Below are positions 9,634 through 19,555 of a DNA stretch of 64,000 bases, piece by piece (within the stretch, counting starts at the first letter, position 1; every line of letters begins with the position of its first letter). The notes beneath the pieces are model-generated. The model was not told where the DNA came from and did not search any database. It was given only the letters and a program-made list of their open reading frames with translations. Made by a program: the position numbers and the translations under genes. Source of the stretch: an uncultured Planctomycetales bacterium (GTDB lineage: Bacteria; Planctomycetota; Phycisphaerae; UBA1845; PWPN01); assembly GCA_964617875.1 (NCBI GenBank), contig CAZUAI010000006.1:42877-106876 (forward strand), given 5' to 3'.

Positions 9634-10344
9634 TCAGTCCATTCTCGCCCGTTGAAGCATCCGGGCCAGGTCCTCCCGAATCGGGGCCTCCACCGGCAAC
9701 GCACCGATGGCCTCCAGGGCGGGGGTCCGGTCGTATTCCGCCCGCCGGCTCTGAACCGCGCCGTCCTCCCACAGCGCATACGGCGCCCGCGCATCACCAT
9801 CCAGCGGCTGACCGAGCGAGCCGGGATTGACGATCTGCAGGGTTCCGTGGCGGCGGATCAGCGGGAGGTGCGTGTGGCCCGCCACGAGTAGGTCGGCCAG
9901 AACCCTGCCGGCGACGTCGTCGAGGATCGCATCGCATCCCTGGGGGGTCAGGCGGTAGTCGTACAGAGGGTCGATGGGCGTCGCATGCGTCACGGCGAAC
10001 GGAACGCCGCCGATTTCGCATCGCAGGCTCAGCGGAAGCCGGCCCAGCCACGCCAGGTCGTCCGGGCCCAGCTGCGCGCGGGTCCAGTCCCGCATGGCCA
10101 GGGCCAGGGGCTGCTTGGCCGGGCTGGCCTTGGGATCGGCCAGGAAGGCGACGGCATGGTCATGGTTGCCGCGCACGGCGATCGCCTCGTGCTGCCGAAG
10201 CCACGCCACCGCAGCCCCGGGGGCCGGACCGTAGTTCACCGTGTCGCCGGCGCAGATGACGTGGTCGAACCGCCCGGCGTCGCGTTCCACGGCGGCGAGG
10301 GCCCAGGGGTTGGCATGGATATCAGAAAGCATCAGAATCCGCAT
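9634..10344 (-). CDS. metallophosphoesterase (calcineurin-like, YfcE-type)
   Basis: [12 protein letters not shown]...GDTVNYGP...GNHD...GHTH motifs. Start is uncertain; the ORF extends to 10413, and 10344 is the first Met of the phosphoesterase fold. The stop lies 1 nt from the ZnR/HEAT ATG. Confidence 0.7.
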   Translation of the reverse strand: MRILMLSDIHANPWALAAVERDAGRFDHVICAGDTVNYGPAPGAAVAWLRQHEAIAVRGNHDHAVAFLADPKASPAKQPLALAMRDWTRAQLGPDDLAWLGRLPLSLRCEIGGVPFAVTHATPIDPLYDYRLTPQGCDAILDDVAGRVLADLLVAGHTHLPLIRRHGTLQIVNPGSLGQPLDGDARAPYALWEDGAVQSRRAEYDRTPALEAIGALPVEAPIREDLARMLQRARMD

Positions 10345-10536
10345 CGCCCAAACCATCTCCGAACCCGTGACCCATGGCGTCATCGTCGCCGTCGGCCCCC
10401 GGCCGGGACGCATCGCGTCCGCAGTATATCAAGGGGGACCGGGCGGCTGGGCATACCCGTACACGAACCCGGCCGGTTTTCGCTTCCGGTGGGGTTGCTT
10501 GCTGCCGCGCTCAGTCGGTGCGGACCCCCACCCAGG

Positions 10537-10603
10537 ACAGCGGGTAGGAGTCATCAGGCTCCCCGACGGGGAACCAATTCACGGCGGACTCCATCGCCCG
10601 CCG
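10537..10603 (-). ncRNA. fluoride riboswitch (crcB RNA motif), copy 1
   Basis: Minus-strand RNA GGGCGAUGGAGUCCGCCGUGAAUUGGUUCCCCGUCGGGGAGCCUGAUGACUCCUACCC matches the GGCGAUGGAGUyCGCC...CUGAUGAyUCCUrC consensus, with an inserted hairpin. It is one of three near-identical copies in the window. Confidence 0.8.
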
Positions 10604-10604
10604 G

Positions 10605-10633
10605 ATCTTAGCGTGAACGCTGTGGGGCCGCAA
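10605..10633 (-). promoter_or_regulatory. sigma70-like promoter for riboswitch copy 1 (-35 TTGCGG, 17-nt spacer, -10 TAAGAT)
   Basis: Minus strand reads CCTTGCGGccccacagcgttcacgcTAAGATccggcGGGCGAUGG. The same TTGCxx-17-TAxxAT architecture precedes copies 2 and 3. Confidence 0.5.
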
Positions 10634-10855
10634 GGACGCCTTCAGGGCGAGACGGGGCGCCGCGAAGGCCGAGCGGACGCCCGCCTTCGGTTGCCGGGCA
10701 GGCTTGACTTTGGACGCGCCCGGCGTACCGTGCCCGGTTTGCCGAGGCCGGGCGGTTGTGCGGCGCGTGATGATCTGCACGCCCCGGTTCGATGGAGCCT
10801 GCTTGCGGAACGAGACGACAGCCCCGAGTCGTACTGATCCCGGGATCCTCGCGCC

Positions 10856-13483
10856 ATGCCGATTCTGCCCAGCATCATACTGCCCAAGAACCTGGTGGCC
10901 GCCCTGAAACGTCACTCGTCGGACATCCGTGTTGCGCCGCTTCTGCTGGAAACGGCCTCCGTTGCGGCGCCTCTGGCTCTTGACAAGCTGGGGACAACAG
11001 CGAACGGGCTAAGCGAAGAAGCGGCTCAGGCGCGCCTGGAAGAGCACGGTCCGAATGTCGTTGCGCAGGAGCATCGGCACGGCAAGCTCGTCCTCCTGGG
11101 CAAGGCACTGATCAATCCCCTGGTGATCCTGCTGCTCATTCTGGCCGCGGTGTCGTTCCTCACCGGCGATAACCGCGCGGGAACCGTCATGTCGTTGATG
11201 GTCGTCCTCGGCGTGGTGCTGCGATTCGTTCAGGAATCGCGGGCCGATACCGCCGCGGCCAGACTGAAGTCCATGATCAGCGTAACCGCAACGGTCGTCC
11301 GCGAGGGGCGGACGCGAGAGATTCCGCTGGCCGATCTGGTGCCGGGCGATGTGGTCAGGCTTGCCGCCGGGGACATGATCCCGGCCGATCTTCGGCTCAT
11401 TTCCGCCAAGGATCTGTTTATCATACAGGCAAGCCTGACCGGCGAGTCGCTTCCCATTGAGAAGTTCGAGGTGACGGAATCGAACGGAAAACCAGCTCTT
11501 GAACTCCGGAATCTTTGCTTCCTGGGCACCAGTGTGGAGAGCGGAACGGCCACCGGGGTAGTCGTGGCCACCGGCTTGCAGACCTACCTGGGAACCATGG
11601 CCAGAGCCTTGGCCGGCGAGCAGGCACAAACCAGCTTCGACAAGGGGGTCAGTCGATTCACGTGGCTCATGATCCGCTTCATCGCCGTGATGGTGCCGCT
11701 GGTGTTTGTTATCAACGGCCTCACCAAGCATGACTGGCACGAAGCATTCTTCTTTGCGGTGGCGGTCGCGGTAGGCATGACGCCCGAGATGCTGCCGATG
11801 ATCGTGACCGTCTGCCTGTCGAAGGGCGCTCTGGCCATGTCCCGTCGCAAGGTCATCGTCAAGCGGCTCAACTCCATCCAGAATCTTGGTGCGATGGACG
11901 TGCTCTGCACCGACAAGACCGGCACGCTCACCATGGACCACGTGATTCTGGAGAAACATTGCGACGTCTTTCGGCGGGAGGATGATGGCGTCCTGATCCT
12001 GGCGTATCTCAACAGCCACTTCCAGACCGGCCTCAAGAATGTGCTGGACCGAGCCATCCTGGACCATCGGGAAGTCCACGACATGGTCTCCATCGCTGAC
12101 CACCTGAAAGTGGACGAGATCCCGTTCGATTTCTCGCGCAAGCTGATGTCCGTCGTCGTGCAGTTGCCGGAAGGAGGCCGTCGGCTCATCTGCAAGGGCG
12201 CGCCCGAAGTCGTCTTCCAGAGATGCAGCCAGTTTGAGGTTAAGGACCGGACGTACCCCATGCGGCAGGTCTACATTGACGATCTTCGCGAAGAGTACGA
12301 CGAACTCAGCGCCGATGGCTTCCGTGTGCTGGCCATTGCTCACAAGGATCTGGAGCCGAAGGCCGCCTATTCCCGAGAGGATGAGTACGACCTGACGTTG
12401 AATGGCTACGTGGCCTTTCTTGATCCTCCGAAGGATTCCGCCGGGCCCGCGATCGAGGCGCTTGGCAAGCACGGCGTCGCCGTCAAGGTTCTCACGGGAG
12501 ACAACGATCTGGTCAGCCGAAAGATCTGTCATGAGGTCGGCATCCCGAGCGAGGAGGTATTGCTTGGCCCGCAAGTCGAGGCCATGTCCGATGCCGAGCT
12601 GGCGCATGCCGCGGAGCACACGTCCCTGTTTGCCCGCCTTTCTCCGGCCCACAAACAGCGGATTATCCGTGCGCTGCAGGGGAACGGACACGTGGTCGGT
12701 TTTCTGGGCGACGGAATCAATGACTCGCCCGCCCTCCGCACCGCCGATGTGGGAATCTCCGTCGATACCGCCGTCGATATCGCCAAGGAAGCCGCCGACG
12801 CCATCCTGCTCGAAAAGAGCCTCATGGTGCTGGAGGAAGGCGTCCTCGAAGGACGCAAGGTCTTCGCCAACATCCTCAAGTACATCCGCATGGGAGCCAG
12901 CTCGAACTTCGGCAACATGTTCAGCGTGCTGGGGGCGAGCGTCTTTCTGCCGTTCGTGCCAATGGCCCCGATCCAGATCCTTACCAATAACCTGCTGTAT
13001 GACTTCTCGCAGGTTCCCATTCCGACGGACAACGTGGACCCCGAACAGATTGCCAAGCCCCGACCATGGTCGATGAATGAGATTACTCGGTTCATCCTCT
13101 TCATTGGCCCGTGCAGTTCGATTTTCGATTACACGACCTATTTCATCATGCTTTACGTCTTCCGTTGCTGGAGCCCCGACCGTGCGTCGTTGTTCCAAAC
13201 CGGCTGGTTCGTGGAATCCCTTATGACGCAGACGCTCATCATTCACATCATCCGGACCAACCGGATCCCGTTCCTGCAGAGCCGCGCCAGCCTGCCTCTC
13301 TCGATTACTACGCTGTTGATCATGGGTATCGGGATGTGGCTGCCGTTTTCACCTGTTGCATCTTCACTGGGCTTTACGCCACTGCCCGGTCTGTACTGGC
13401 CGCTGCTCTTCCTGACGTTGCTCTGCTACGGTTTGCTCACGCAGGCCGCCAAGACCTGGCTTCTGCGTAAGGCGTGGATCTGA
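10856..13483 (+). CDS. mgtA: magnesium-translocating P-type ATPase
   Basis: 875 aa with DKTGTLT, TGDN and GDGINDSPAL motifs and the typical MgtA N-terminus. Confidence 0.9.
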   Translation: MPILPSIILPKNLVAALKRHSSDIRVAPLLLETASVAAPLALDKLGTTANGLSEEAAQARLEEHGPNVVAQEHRHGKLVLLGKALINPLVILLLILAAVSFLTGDNRAGTVMSLMVVLGVVLRFVQESRADTAAARLKSMISVTATVVREGRTREIPLADLVPGDVVRLAAGDMIPADLRLISAKDLFIIQASLTGESLPIEKFEVTESNGKPALELRNLCFLGTSVESGTATGVVVATGLQTYLGTMARALAGEQAQTSFDKGVSRFTWLMIRFIAVMVPLVFVINGLTKHDWHEAFFFAVAVAVGMTPEMLPMIVTVCLSKGALAMSRRKVIVKRLNSIQNLGAMDVLCTDKTGTLTMDHVILEKHCDVFRREDDGVLILAYLNSHFQTGLKNVLDRAILDHREVHDMVSIADHLKVDEIPFDFSRKLMSVVVQLPEGGRRLICKGAPEVVFQRCSQFEVKDRTYPMRQVYIDDLREEYDELSADGFRVLAIAHKDLEPKAAYSREDEYDLTLNGYVAFLDPPKDSAGPAIEALGKHGVAVKVLTGDNDLVSRKICHEVGIPSEEVLLGPQVEAMSDAELAHAAEHTSLFARLSPAHKQRIIRALQGNGHVVGFLGDGINDSPALRTADVGISVDTAVDIAKEAADAILLEKSLMVLEEGVLEGRKVFANILKYIRMGASSNFGNMFSVLGASVFLPFVPMAPIQILTNNLLYDFSQVPIPTDNVDPEQIAKPRPWSMNEITRFILFIGPCSSIFDYTTYFIMLYVFRCWSPDRASLFQTGWFVESLMTQTLIIHIIRTNRIPFLQSRASLPLSITTLLIMGIGMWLPFSPVASSLGFTPLPGLYWPLLFLTLLCYGLLTQAAKTWLLRKAWI

Positions 13484-13787
13484 AATGAAGCGGCCGGCGA
13501 TGAATGCCGTATGACCGCGAGCGGGGCGGCATCACCATAGTGTTGCGGATCCCGACCAGATCACATAGAATCGGGTTGGCGATGGGGTTCGCCAGCGTCC
13601 CGACCCGCCGTGGCTCGGACCAACCGCCTGCCCGACGACAGGCTGATAACCCCTGCTGAACTGCGTGCTACGTTCCGGCAGGGTATCAGCCGCTCAATCT
13701 CAACTCTGTCGAACGACGACGCAGCCAGAAGGATCGCTCCGGCCGTTCTGCTTCGCGCTCGGGACGGAGCCTTCGGAGAGCGAGCGG

Positions 13788-15902
13788 ATGAACGAACATC
13801 ATCAACGGTGTATCGCCACCACACTGCGTCATATCGACGGCGTGTTCGCCGAGATCGAGGGGATTCTGGCCGCCATCGGCACGGGTTCGCCGCTGTCCCA
13901 GTACGCCCTGGACCTGGAGCCGATGCAGCGTGGGGTCGTCGAGGACCACCTGCACCGGATTCGGGAGGAGATGGTGGAGGCGATGAAACGGCTCGGCATT
14001 CCGCTGGACGGGCGTCGGACCAGCGCCTGCTGGTCCATCCGCAATCGCCTGCTCGGGGCGTCGATCGCGATCGCCGAGATGGAGCCGCCTCATCTTCGGG
14101 GGTACGGGGCACTGGATGCGCACGACAAGGCCGAGATCACGCGGGTCTGTGCGGAAATGGAACGGCTGATCGGCCGGGTCGATTCGTATCTGGCCCGCGT
14201 GCACGGCGGCGACCTGGCGCAACGAATCGCGCATCTGGAAGGTACGCCGGTGGATCGCGACTTGCTCACCACCCTGGAGCAGATCATCGGCAGGCACCAT
14301 CTGATCGAGCTGCGGCCCGCGCTCGACGTGATCCTCCATCGCCTGGAATCACCCCAGTTCGAGATCGCCTTTTTCGGTCGCGTCAGCTCCGGGAAATCCT
14401 CGCTGCTCAACCACATCCTCGGCGAAAGCGTCCTGCCCGTGGGCATTACCCCGGTGACCGCGGTGCCGACCCGGCTGCGACGCGGGGAGCGGCCGGAGAT
14501 GGTGGTTCACTTCGAGATCTCGTCGCCCGCCCGCCTGCCCATCGATCAGGTCGCCGAATTCGTGACGGAAGAAGGCAATCCGCGAAACCGTCGCCGGGTG
14601 AAGTGGGTTGAGGTGACGGTCTCCACGGCGCAGTGCTCCGAGGGCGTCGTGTTCGTGGACACTCCCGGCGTCGGATCGCTGGCCACCGTCGGCGCGGCCC
14701 AGACCATGGCGTACCTGCCGCGATGCGATCTCGGAGTCCTGTTGCTCGACGCCGGTTCGACCCTGCACCAGGAAGACCTCCGGATCCTGCAGGGTTTCGA
14801 GGAAGCGGCCATTCCGGCGATGGTCCTGCTCAGCAAGTGCGACCTGCTCCGCGCGGATGACCGGCAACGCATGATTCACTACGTCGAACAGCAGGTTCAC
14901 GAGGCCTTGGGGCTTTCGATCGTCGTGGCGCCGGTGAGTACCGTCGGCCCGGATGCGCATCTGGCCCACGAATGGTTCGAGGCGCATGTCCGTCCGATCA
15001 TGCGGAGGCACCGGGAGCTGACGGCCGCTTCGATTCGGCGAAAGGTCGGAGCGCTCCAGGAAACGCTTATCGCGACGTTGAGCAGTATGCTCCGCCGGAG
15101 AAGCGGCCGCTCCGCACCCGTAGCGCGTGACAGCGCCGAGGCGGCCCGGCTTCTGGAGGAGGCCGCGACGCGCATCGCCCGGTTCACGGAATGGGCCGCG
15201 GATTTCGATGCCCGCCGGACTTCGGAGGATGTGGCGCGGCTGATCGAAGACGCCGCCGTGCAGATGGTGCCGGGGCGGGGCGGCGGCCAGACCCCGCCGG
15301 TCGGTCTTCGCGACGTTCTGCTGACGCGGCTGGCGACCGAGGCGTCGTCGTTCCGGGACGGCGTCATCGGGTTGCAGGCCGACCTGACGAACACGTTGAT
15401 TCAGCTGGGCGAAAAGGTCGGCAGCATCGGAGGCCCTGAGGCCCGGAGGCTGGAGATGTCCCTGACCCCGCTTCCGCCGGCCCGCGAGGAGAATCTGGCC
15501 GCGATTCCCGACATTCGTCCGTCGAAGTTGCTCATGTCGTGGCGATGGCTTGCGCGGGCAAGGCTGCGTGCGGGCCTGCGTCGTCACTGCCGTTGGCCGA
15601 TCGAGACGGCGCTTGGCGATCATCGTCGCGAGTTGCGAACGTGGTTGAAAACCAACCTGGACCGCCTCGTGGAGGCCTACGAAACCCATGCCGGTGTGTA
15701 CCGGGAGGAACTGCGCCGCGCCACCGAGGCGTCGGGAGACGGCGGACGCGCCGAAGATTCCTCACTGGAAGAGGATCTGGACAGGTTGCAACGGCTCGCG
15801 GGACGGTTCCGCGAGCCGCAAAGCCCGTCCACCGCGGGCGAGCCGGCAGAGTCGGCCCCGACCGGACAGGGCGACGGGACGGTTCCGGTGCAGGCCTGTT
15901 GA
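13788..15902 (+). CDS. dynamin-like GTPase (DLP-C) with ~190-aa helical N-terminal extension
   Basis: P-loop GRVSSGKSSLLN, G3 DTPGVGS, G4 SKCD. cGGAGAG lies 7 nt before ATG 13788. The ORF is open from 13665. Confidence 0.7.
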   Translation: MNEHHQRCIATTLRHIDGVFAEIEGILAAIGTGSPLSQYALDLEPMQRGVVEDHLHRIREEMVEAMKRLGIPLDGRRTSACWSIRNRLLGASIAIAEMEPPHLRGYGALDAHDKAEITRVCAEMERLIGRVDSYLARVHGGDLAQRIAHLEGTPVDRDLLTTLEQIIGRHHLIELRPALDVILHRLESPQFEIAFFGRVSSGKSSLLNHILGESVLPVGITPVTAVPTRLRRGERPEMVVHFEISSPARLPIDQVAEFVTEEGNPRNRRRVKWVEVTVSTAQCSEGVVFVDTPGVGSLATVGAAQTMAYLPRCDLGVLLLDAGSTLHQEDLRILQGFEEAAIPAMVLLSKCDLLRADDRQRMIHYVEQQVHEALGLSIVVAPVSTVGPDAHLAHEWFEAHVRPIMRRHRELTAASIRRKVGALQETLIATLSSMLRRRSGRSAPVARDSAEAARLLEEAATRIARFTEWAADFDARRTSEDVARLIEDAAVQMVPGRGGGQTPPVGLRDVLLTRLATEASSFRDGVIGLQADLTNTLIQLGEKVGSIGGPEARRLEMSLTPLPPAREENLAAIPDIRPSKLLMSWRWLARARLRAGLRRHCRWPIETALGDHRRELRTWLKTNLDRLVEAYETHAGVYREELRRATEASGDGGRAEDSSLEEDLDRLQRLAGRFREPQSPSTAGEPAESAPTGQGDGTVPVQAC

Positions 15903-15914
15903 ATCGGCAGATCG

Positions 15915-17705
15915 TCAACCGGGCAGAAAGGCTGCCTCCGGGCGCCAGGGGAAACACAGACTCCGTTGGCCGACAAGCTGCGTCAATGCGCGTCGATGGG
16001 CCTCGGTCTCGTCGCGGTTTTCGAGGCTGCGCCGCAGGGCGTCGTGCTTTATCGCGAAGCTCTGCATGTCCTCGGCCAGCGCGCCGAGGTGTCGTGCGGC
16101 TTCCCGCAGCAGGAACCGGCGTGTTTCGCCGTCCGGCACCAAGACGATGAGAGGTGCCAGATGCCGCAGGCAGACGCCGGAAGACCGGGCATAAGCCTCG
16201 CGGCCTCCTGCATCGGCCAACAGGGTCGCCAGCCGCTGCGTGCCGTCGCGCTCGTGGTCCGCCAGCAGCCGGCAGACACGGCAGGCGGCCTGCCGGCCGG
16301 TGAGTTCGTCGAACGCGGCCTCCGGCCCGTTCTCGTTTGCCGCGAAAGCCGACAGGGCGGTCGTCCGTTTCTCCAGCAACGCGAAGTAGCCCACGCTCAG
16401 GCCCCGGGGCGAGGAGATGCCGGCGAGCTGCCAGGTGTGCAACGGGCAGAAGCCGCCCTCTTCGGCGAAGGACTGCTGAGCGGCTTCATCGGTCGCGAGA
16501 GCGTGCTGCCATCGTCGGAGGAAATCGAAGGCCGCTTCGGTCAGGTGGTTGCAGACGGGGCAGGTTCCCGCACGGAGCGCGGCCACGATCTCCGATTCTT
16601 CGATGGGTTCGGCCGGTTTCGTCCGCGGCGTCGGCGATGAACACGGCGGACCTCCCCGCGCCGCGGCCGGAGGCGTCGGCGTCGCGTCAACCTGACCCGC
16701 GAGAATCCCCTCGCGCAGCCGTTGAATGGCGGTTCGCCGCTCGACGGCTTCCGGGTGCTGCTGGCCTGCGATAAGTCCCTCGGCACGATCCAGGATCGCG
16801 GCCAGGAACGTCGTGGTCCGCTGGTCGGTCAGGAAATCCGCCAGCGCCGCCTCCAGGGCCGGAAGCCCGCTCTGTGCCAATCCGTGTGCGTCCCGCGCGG
16901 CTCGGGCCGCCAGCGCCGCCCGCGACGACAGGGGAAACAGGGGCGGCCGCGCCGCGCCCATCCGACGGGAGAGATTGTCGCCGATGAACCGCAGGGCAGC
17001 CTCCCGCTCCGCGTTCGCCAGCAGGTCCATCTTGTTGACGACGAAGAAGACCTTGCGGACATGCGCGCGGAGGCGGTCCAGGAACTCCAGTTCCGTCGCG
17101 GCCAGCGGACCGTCGGCGCTGGTCACGAACAGAACCGCATCGCACTGGGGGACGAAGGCATACGTCGTTGCGGTGTTCGCTTCGATGGCCGAGCCGATGC
17201 CGGGCGTATCCACGAACTCCAATCCACGCCGCAGGAAGGGCGACGGGAACTCCACGTATACCGCCTTGATTCGCTTCCGGTTGGCCGGATTGCCCGTCTC
17301 CGTCACGTACTCGGGCAGCGCCGAAATCGGGGCTTCGTCATCGAACGACCGGTTCTGACGGGAAATGACCAGCCGTTCCTCCGGACCGAACCGCAGGATG
17401 GTAATGGCGGACGTGAGCGGCAGGATGCCCGTCGGCAGAAGCTCCCGGCCGACGATGGCGTTCATGAGCGAACTCTTGCCGCGTTTGAACTGGCCCACAA
17501 CGGCCAGGGTGAAGCGGTCTTCGGCCAGCTTGACCATCAATTCATGGCAGGCGGCGACCCGGTCATCCCCGCCGTGCCGGCCGAGCCAATGGTCCAGGGC
17601 GCGAACCTGCCGTGCCACCGCCTGCCTGGCCCGCACGTAGGCCCTCAGACGCGACGAATCGGACTCGAGCGGGGACACCGCCGGACTCGTGGGCGACGGC
17701 ATCAT
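15915..17705 (-). CDS. dynamin-like GTPase (DLP-B) with Cys-rich C-terminal domain
   Basis: GQFKRGKSSLMN, DTPGIGS, NKMD. The C-terminus carries CPVC...CPLH...CRVC...CLRH. Its ATG overlaps the DLP-A stop (ATGA). Confidence 0.8.
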   Translation of the reverse strand: MMPSPTSPAVSPLESDSSRLRAYVRARQAVARQVRALDHWLGRHGGDDRVAACHELMVKLAEDRFTLAVVGQFKRGKSSLMNAIVGRELLPTGILPLTSAITILRFGPEERLVISRQNRSFDDEAPISALPEYVTETGNPANRKRIKAVYVEFPSPFLRRGLEFVDTPGIGSAIEANTATTYAFVPQCDAVLFVTSADGPLAATELEFLDRLRAHVRKVFFVVNKMDLLANAEREAALRFIGDNLSRRMGAARPPLFPLSSRAALAARAARDAHGLAQSGLPALEAALADFLTDQRTTTFLAAILDRAEGLIAGQQHPEAVERRTAIQRLREGILAGQVDATPTPPAAARGGPPCSSPTPRTKPAEPIEESEIVAALRAGTCPVCNHLTEAAFDFLRRWQHALATDEAAQQSFAEEGGFCPLHTWQLAGISSPRGLSVGYFALLEKRTTALSAFAANENGPEAAFDELTGRQAACRVCRLLADHERDGTQRLATLLADAGGREAYARSSGVCLRHLAPLIVLVPDGETRRFLLREAARHLGALAEDMQSFAIKHDALRRSLENRDETEAHRRALTQLVGQRSLCFPWRPEAAFLPG

Positions 17706-19555
17706 CGCTGATCCTGTTCTCGGGCGGCCGTTGTCGCAAGACGCTCCTTGAGCCCCCGCAGGCCGGCGACCGCCGCCTCGAGCCGCGCGATTTCCGGGGC
17801 AACCGTCGCCGAGTCTTCCGTGCGACGTCGTCGAGCGGCGCCAAGGGCCCGGCGAGTCGCTTCAATCGTCTGCCGAAGGCTGTCTTCCAGGGCGTCACGG
17901 AAGTCCTGGATGCTTGTCCTGAGATTCTCCAGGGTACTCCATCGAAGATCTCCGATGTTGCGAGTCACGAGGTACTCCACCTGGTCCGCGAGTCGCCGCC
18001 GAATGCGGGAATGCCGCAAGCGCCGCGGAAGCACTCTGTCGATCCAGTCCGTGGGAATCGAGCCGGGTCCCTGAATCGCCCACTTGTGAACGCGCCAGCA
18101 GGGCTGTTCCACCTTCGCCAGGGCGATCTCGCGGTGCTGCGGCTCATACGGAACGTCGAAGACCTTCGCAATGGAGGCGTGAACCGCGGCGACCAGTTCG
18201 GCCGCCCGGCGCTGATGGGGCCGCAGGGCCTCGTGCAGTTCGCGCTCGCAAAGCTGATGGGCGGCACCGAACTCCCGCTCGAAAAAACCGGGGATGGCCG
18301 CGGCAATGGCCTCGCGGGCGGTCTCCTCCGACCACCGGTTCCCGTCCCGAATCTCGCATTCGCGGAGGACTTTCGTGAAGAACTCGATGCTTCCGGGCAG
18401 CATCGCATCGGCGCGCATCTTGACGGCTTCCGCCAGACGCTGTTCGTCCCTGGCAAGGCGGTCGAGGGCCACGATGCGCCGTTCCTCGATTTCGGTCAGG
18501 CTGTTCTCGAAGCGACCGATGCGGTCGTCGAGGTCGGCCAGCGGCATCTGCAGGGACCGCAGAGTCAGTTCCAGGCGATGCTGGACATCGGCGAGAATGT
18601 CCCCCGCCTGGCGGGCCACCGCGCGGCTGAGCACGTCTTTCTTCTCGGTGAGCAGGAAGCTGACGATCTGCTCTTCGATCGCCGCCACGCCGCTCCGTTC
18701 CCAGGCGGCGTCATCCTGCCCCTGGCGAGCCGCCAGGCCCTGGCGGGCCGAGGCGCAGAAGATCGGCGGCGGCGAGGTGAACCCGACGTGCTCGCAGAGC
18801 GCCCGCTGGAGAAACCGTACGGCCTCGTCCCGCTCGGCCGCGTCGAGGTAATCCACCTTGTTCAGGATGAAGAACAGGCGGGCCAGTTTGCGGCGCGCGA
18901 GCTTGAGAAACTCCACCTCGACCTCGGTGATCGGCGGATCCGCGGACACCACGAACATCGCCGCATCGCACTGCGGGAGAAAGTTGACGGTCGCCTCGGT
19001 GTTGTGGCGAAAGGTCGAACCGATGCCGGGCGTATCGATCAGCGAGAGGCCCCGACGCAGCACCGGCGCGGGATACGCGGCTTCGATCAACCGGACCCCC
19101 AGGTGGTTGCGCGGGTTCGCGCTTTCGGCGACAAAACGCGCGAGGAAACCCGCCAGGGCCGCGGCGTCCGGCCCGAGGAGCCGCTCTTCCGGCTTCCCGT
19201 TTTCGAATACCACCCGGGCCGCCGGCTGCTCGCCGCCGTGCAGAAACGTCGGGATGGACGTGACCGGCACAACGGCGGCAGGCAGGACGGGGGCTCCCAG
19301 CAACGCATTGATCAACGTGCTCTTGCCGCGTTTGAACTGGCCGAGCACGGCCAGATGACAGCGTTCCTCCCGCAGACGTTCGTGCAGAGCGAGAATGCGA
19401 TGCCGGTCGGCCCCGAATTCCTCGCCCATCGCCCCCACCTGACCGGCGGCTTCCTGCAGGAGGGTTGGCAGTTGGACGGACTCCGCGACATGCCGGGCCG
19501 TCGTCTCCGGCCGGTTGTCCGAATCCGCGTCGGCATGGAGGACGAAATCAGTCAT
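17702..19555 (-). CDS. dynamin-like GTPase (DLP-A)
   Basis: GQFKRGKSTLINALLG, DTPGIGS, NKVD, and a long coiled-coil stalk. Overlaps the TPR gene's stop by 8 nt. Confidence 0.8.
   Translation of the reverse strand: MTDFVLHADADSDNRPETTARHVAESVQLPTLLQEAAGQVGAMGEEFGADRHRILALHERLREERCHLAVLGQFKRGKSTLINALLGAPVLPAAVVPVTSIPTFLHGGEQPAARVVFENGKPEERLLGPDAAALAGFLARFVAESANPRNHLGVRLIEAAYPAPVLRRGLSLIDTPGIGSTFRHNTEATVNFLPQCDAAMFVVSADPPITEVEVEFLKLARRKLARLFFILNKVDYLDAAERDEAVRFLQRALCEHVGFTSPPPIFCASARQGLAARQGQDDAAWERSGVAAIEEQIVSFLLTEKKDVLSRAVARQAGDILADVQHRLELTLRSLQMPLADLDDRIGRFENSLTEIEERRIVALDRLARDEQRLAEAVKMRADAMLPGSIEFFTKVLRECEIRDGNRWSEETAREAIAAAIPGFFEREFGAAHQLCERELHEALRPHQRRAAELVAAVHASIAKVFDVPYEPQHREIALAKVEQPCWRVHKWAIQGPGSIPTDWIDRVLPRRLRHSRIRRRLADQVEYLVTRNIGDLRWSTLENLRTSIQDFRDALEDSLRQTIEATRRALGAARRRRTEDSATVAPEIARLEAAVAGLRGLKERLATTAAREQDQR

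Noticed and set aside
9204-9800. A 627-aa enolase with a long N-terminal extension starting at 9800
   Set aside because: The first 56 codons are Arg/Trp/Pro-rich junk. It overlaps the phosphoesterase gene in another frame. Enolase has its own strong SD at its canonical N-terminus. Only the ZnR/HEAT portion looks like a real protein.
10414-10855. Mg2+ (M-box) riboswitch upstream of mgtA
   Set aside because: The conserved structured element here matches the fluoride riboswitch and is on the opposite strand. I could not recognise M-box signature sequences on the plus strand.
11009-13246. 745-aa minus-strand ORF inside mgtA, and similar antisense ORFs in the dynamin-like genes, gltB (31985-36991 plus; 32472-36599 minus), flotillin (55260-57242), trpE (42551-44449) and others
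   Set aside because: Each lies opposite a gene with strong conserved-domain evidence, and their translations are low-complexity R/G/P/H-rich.
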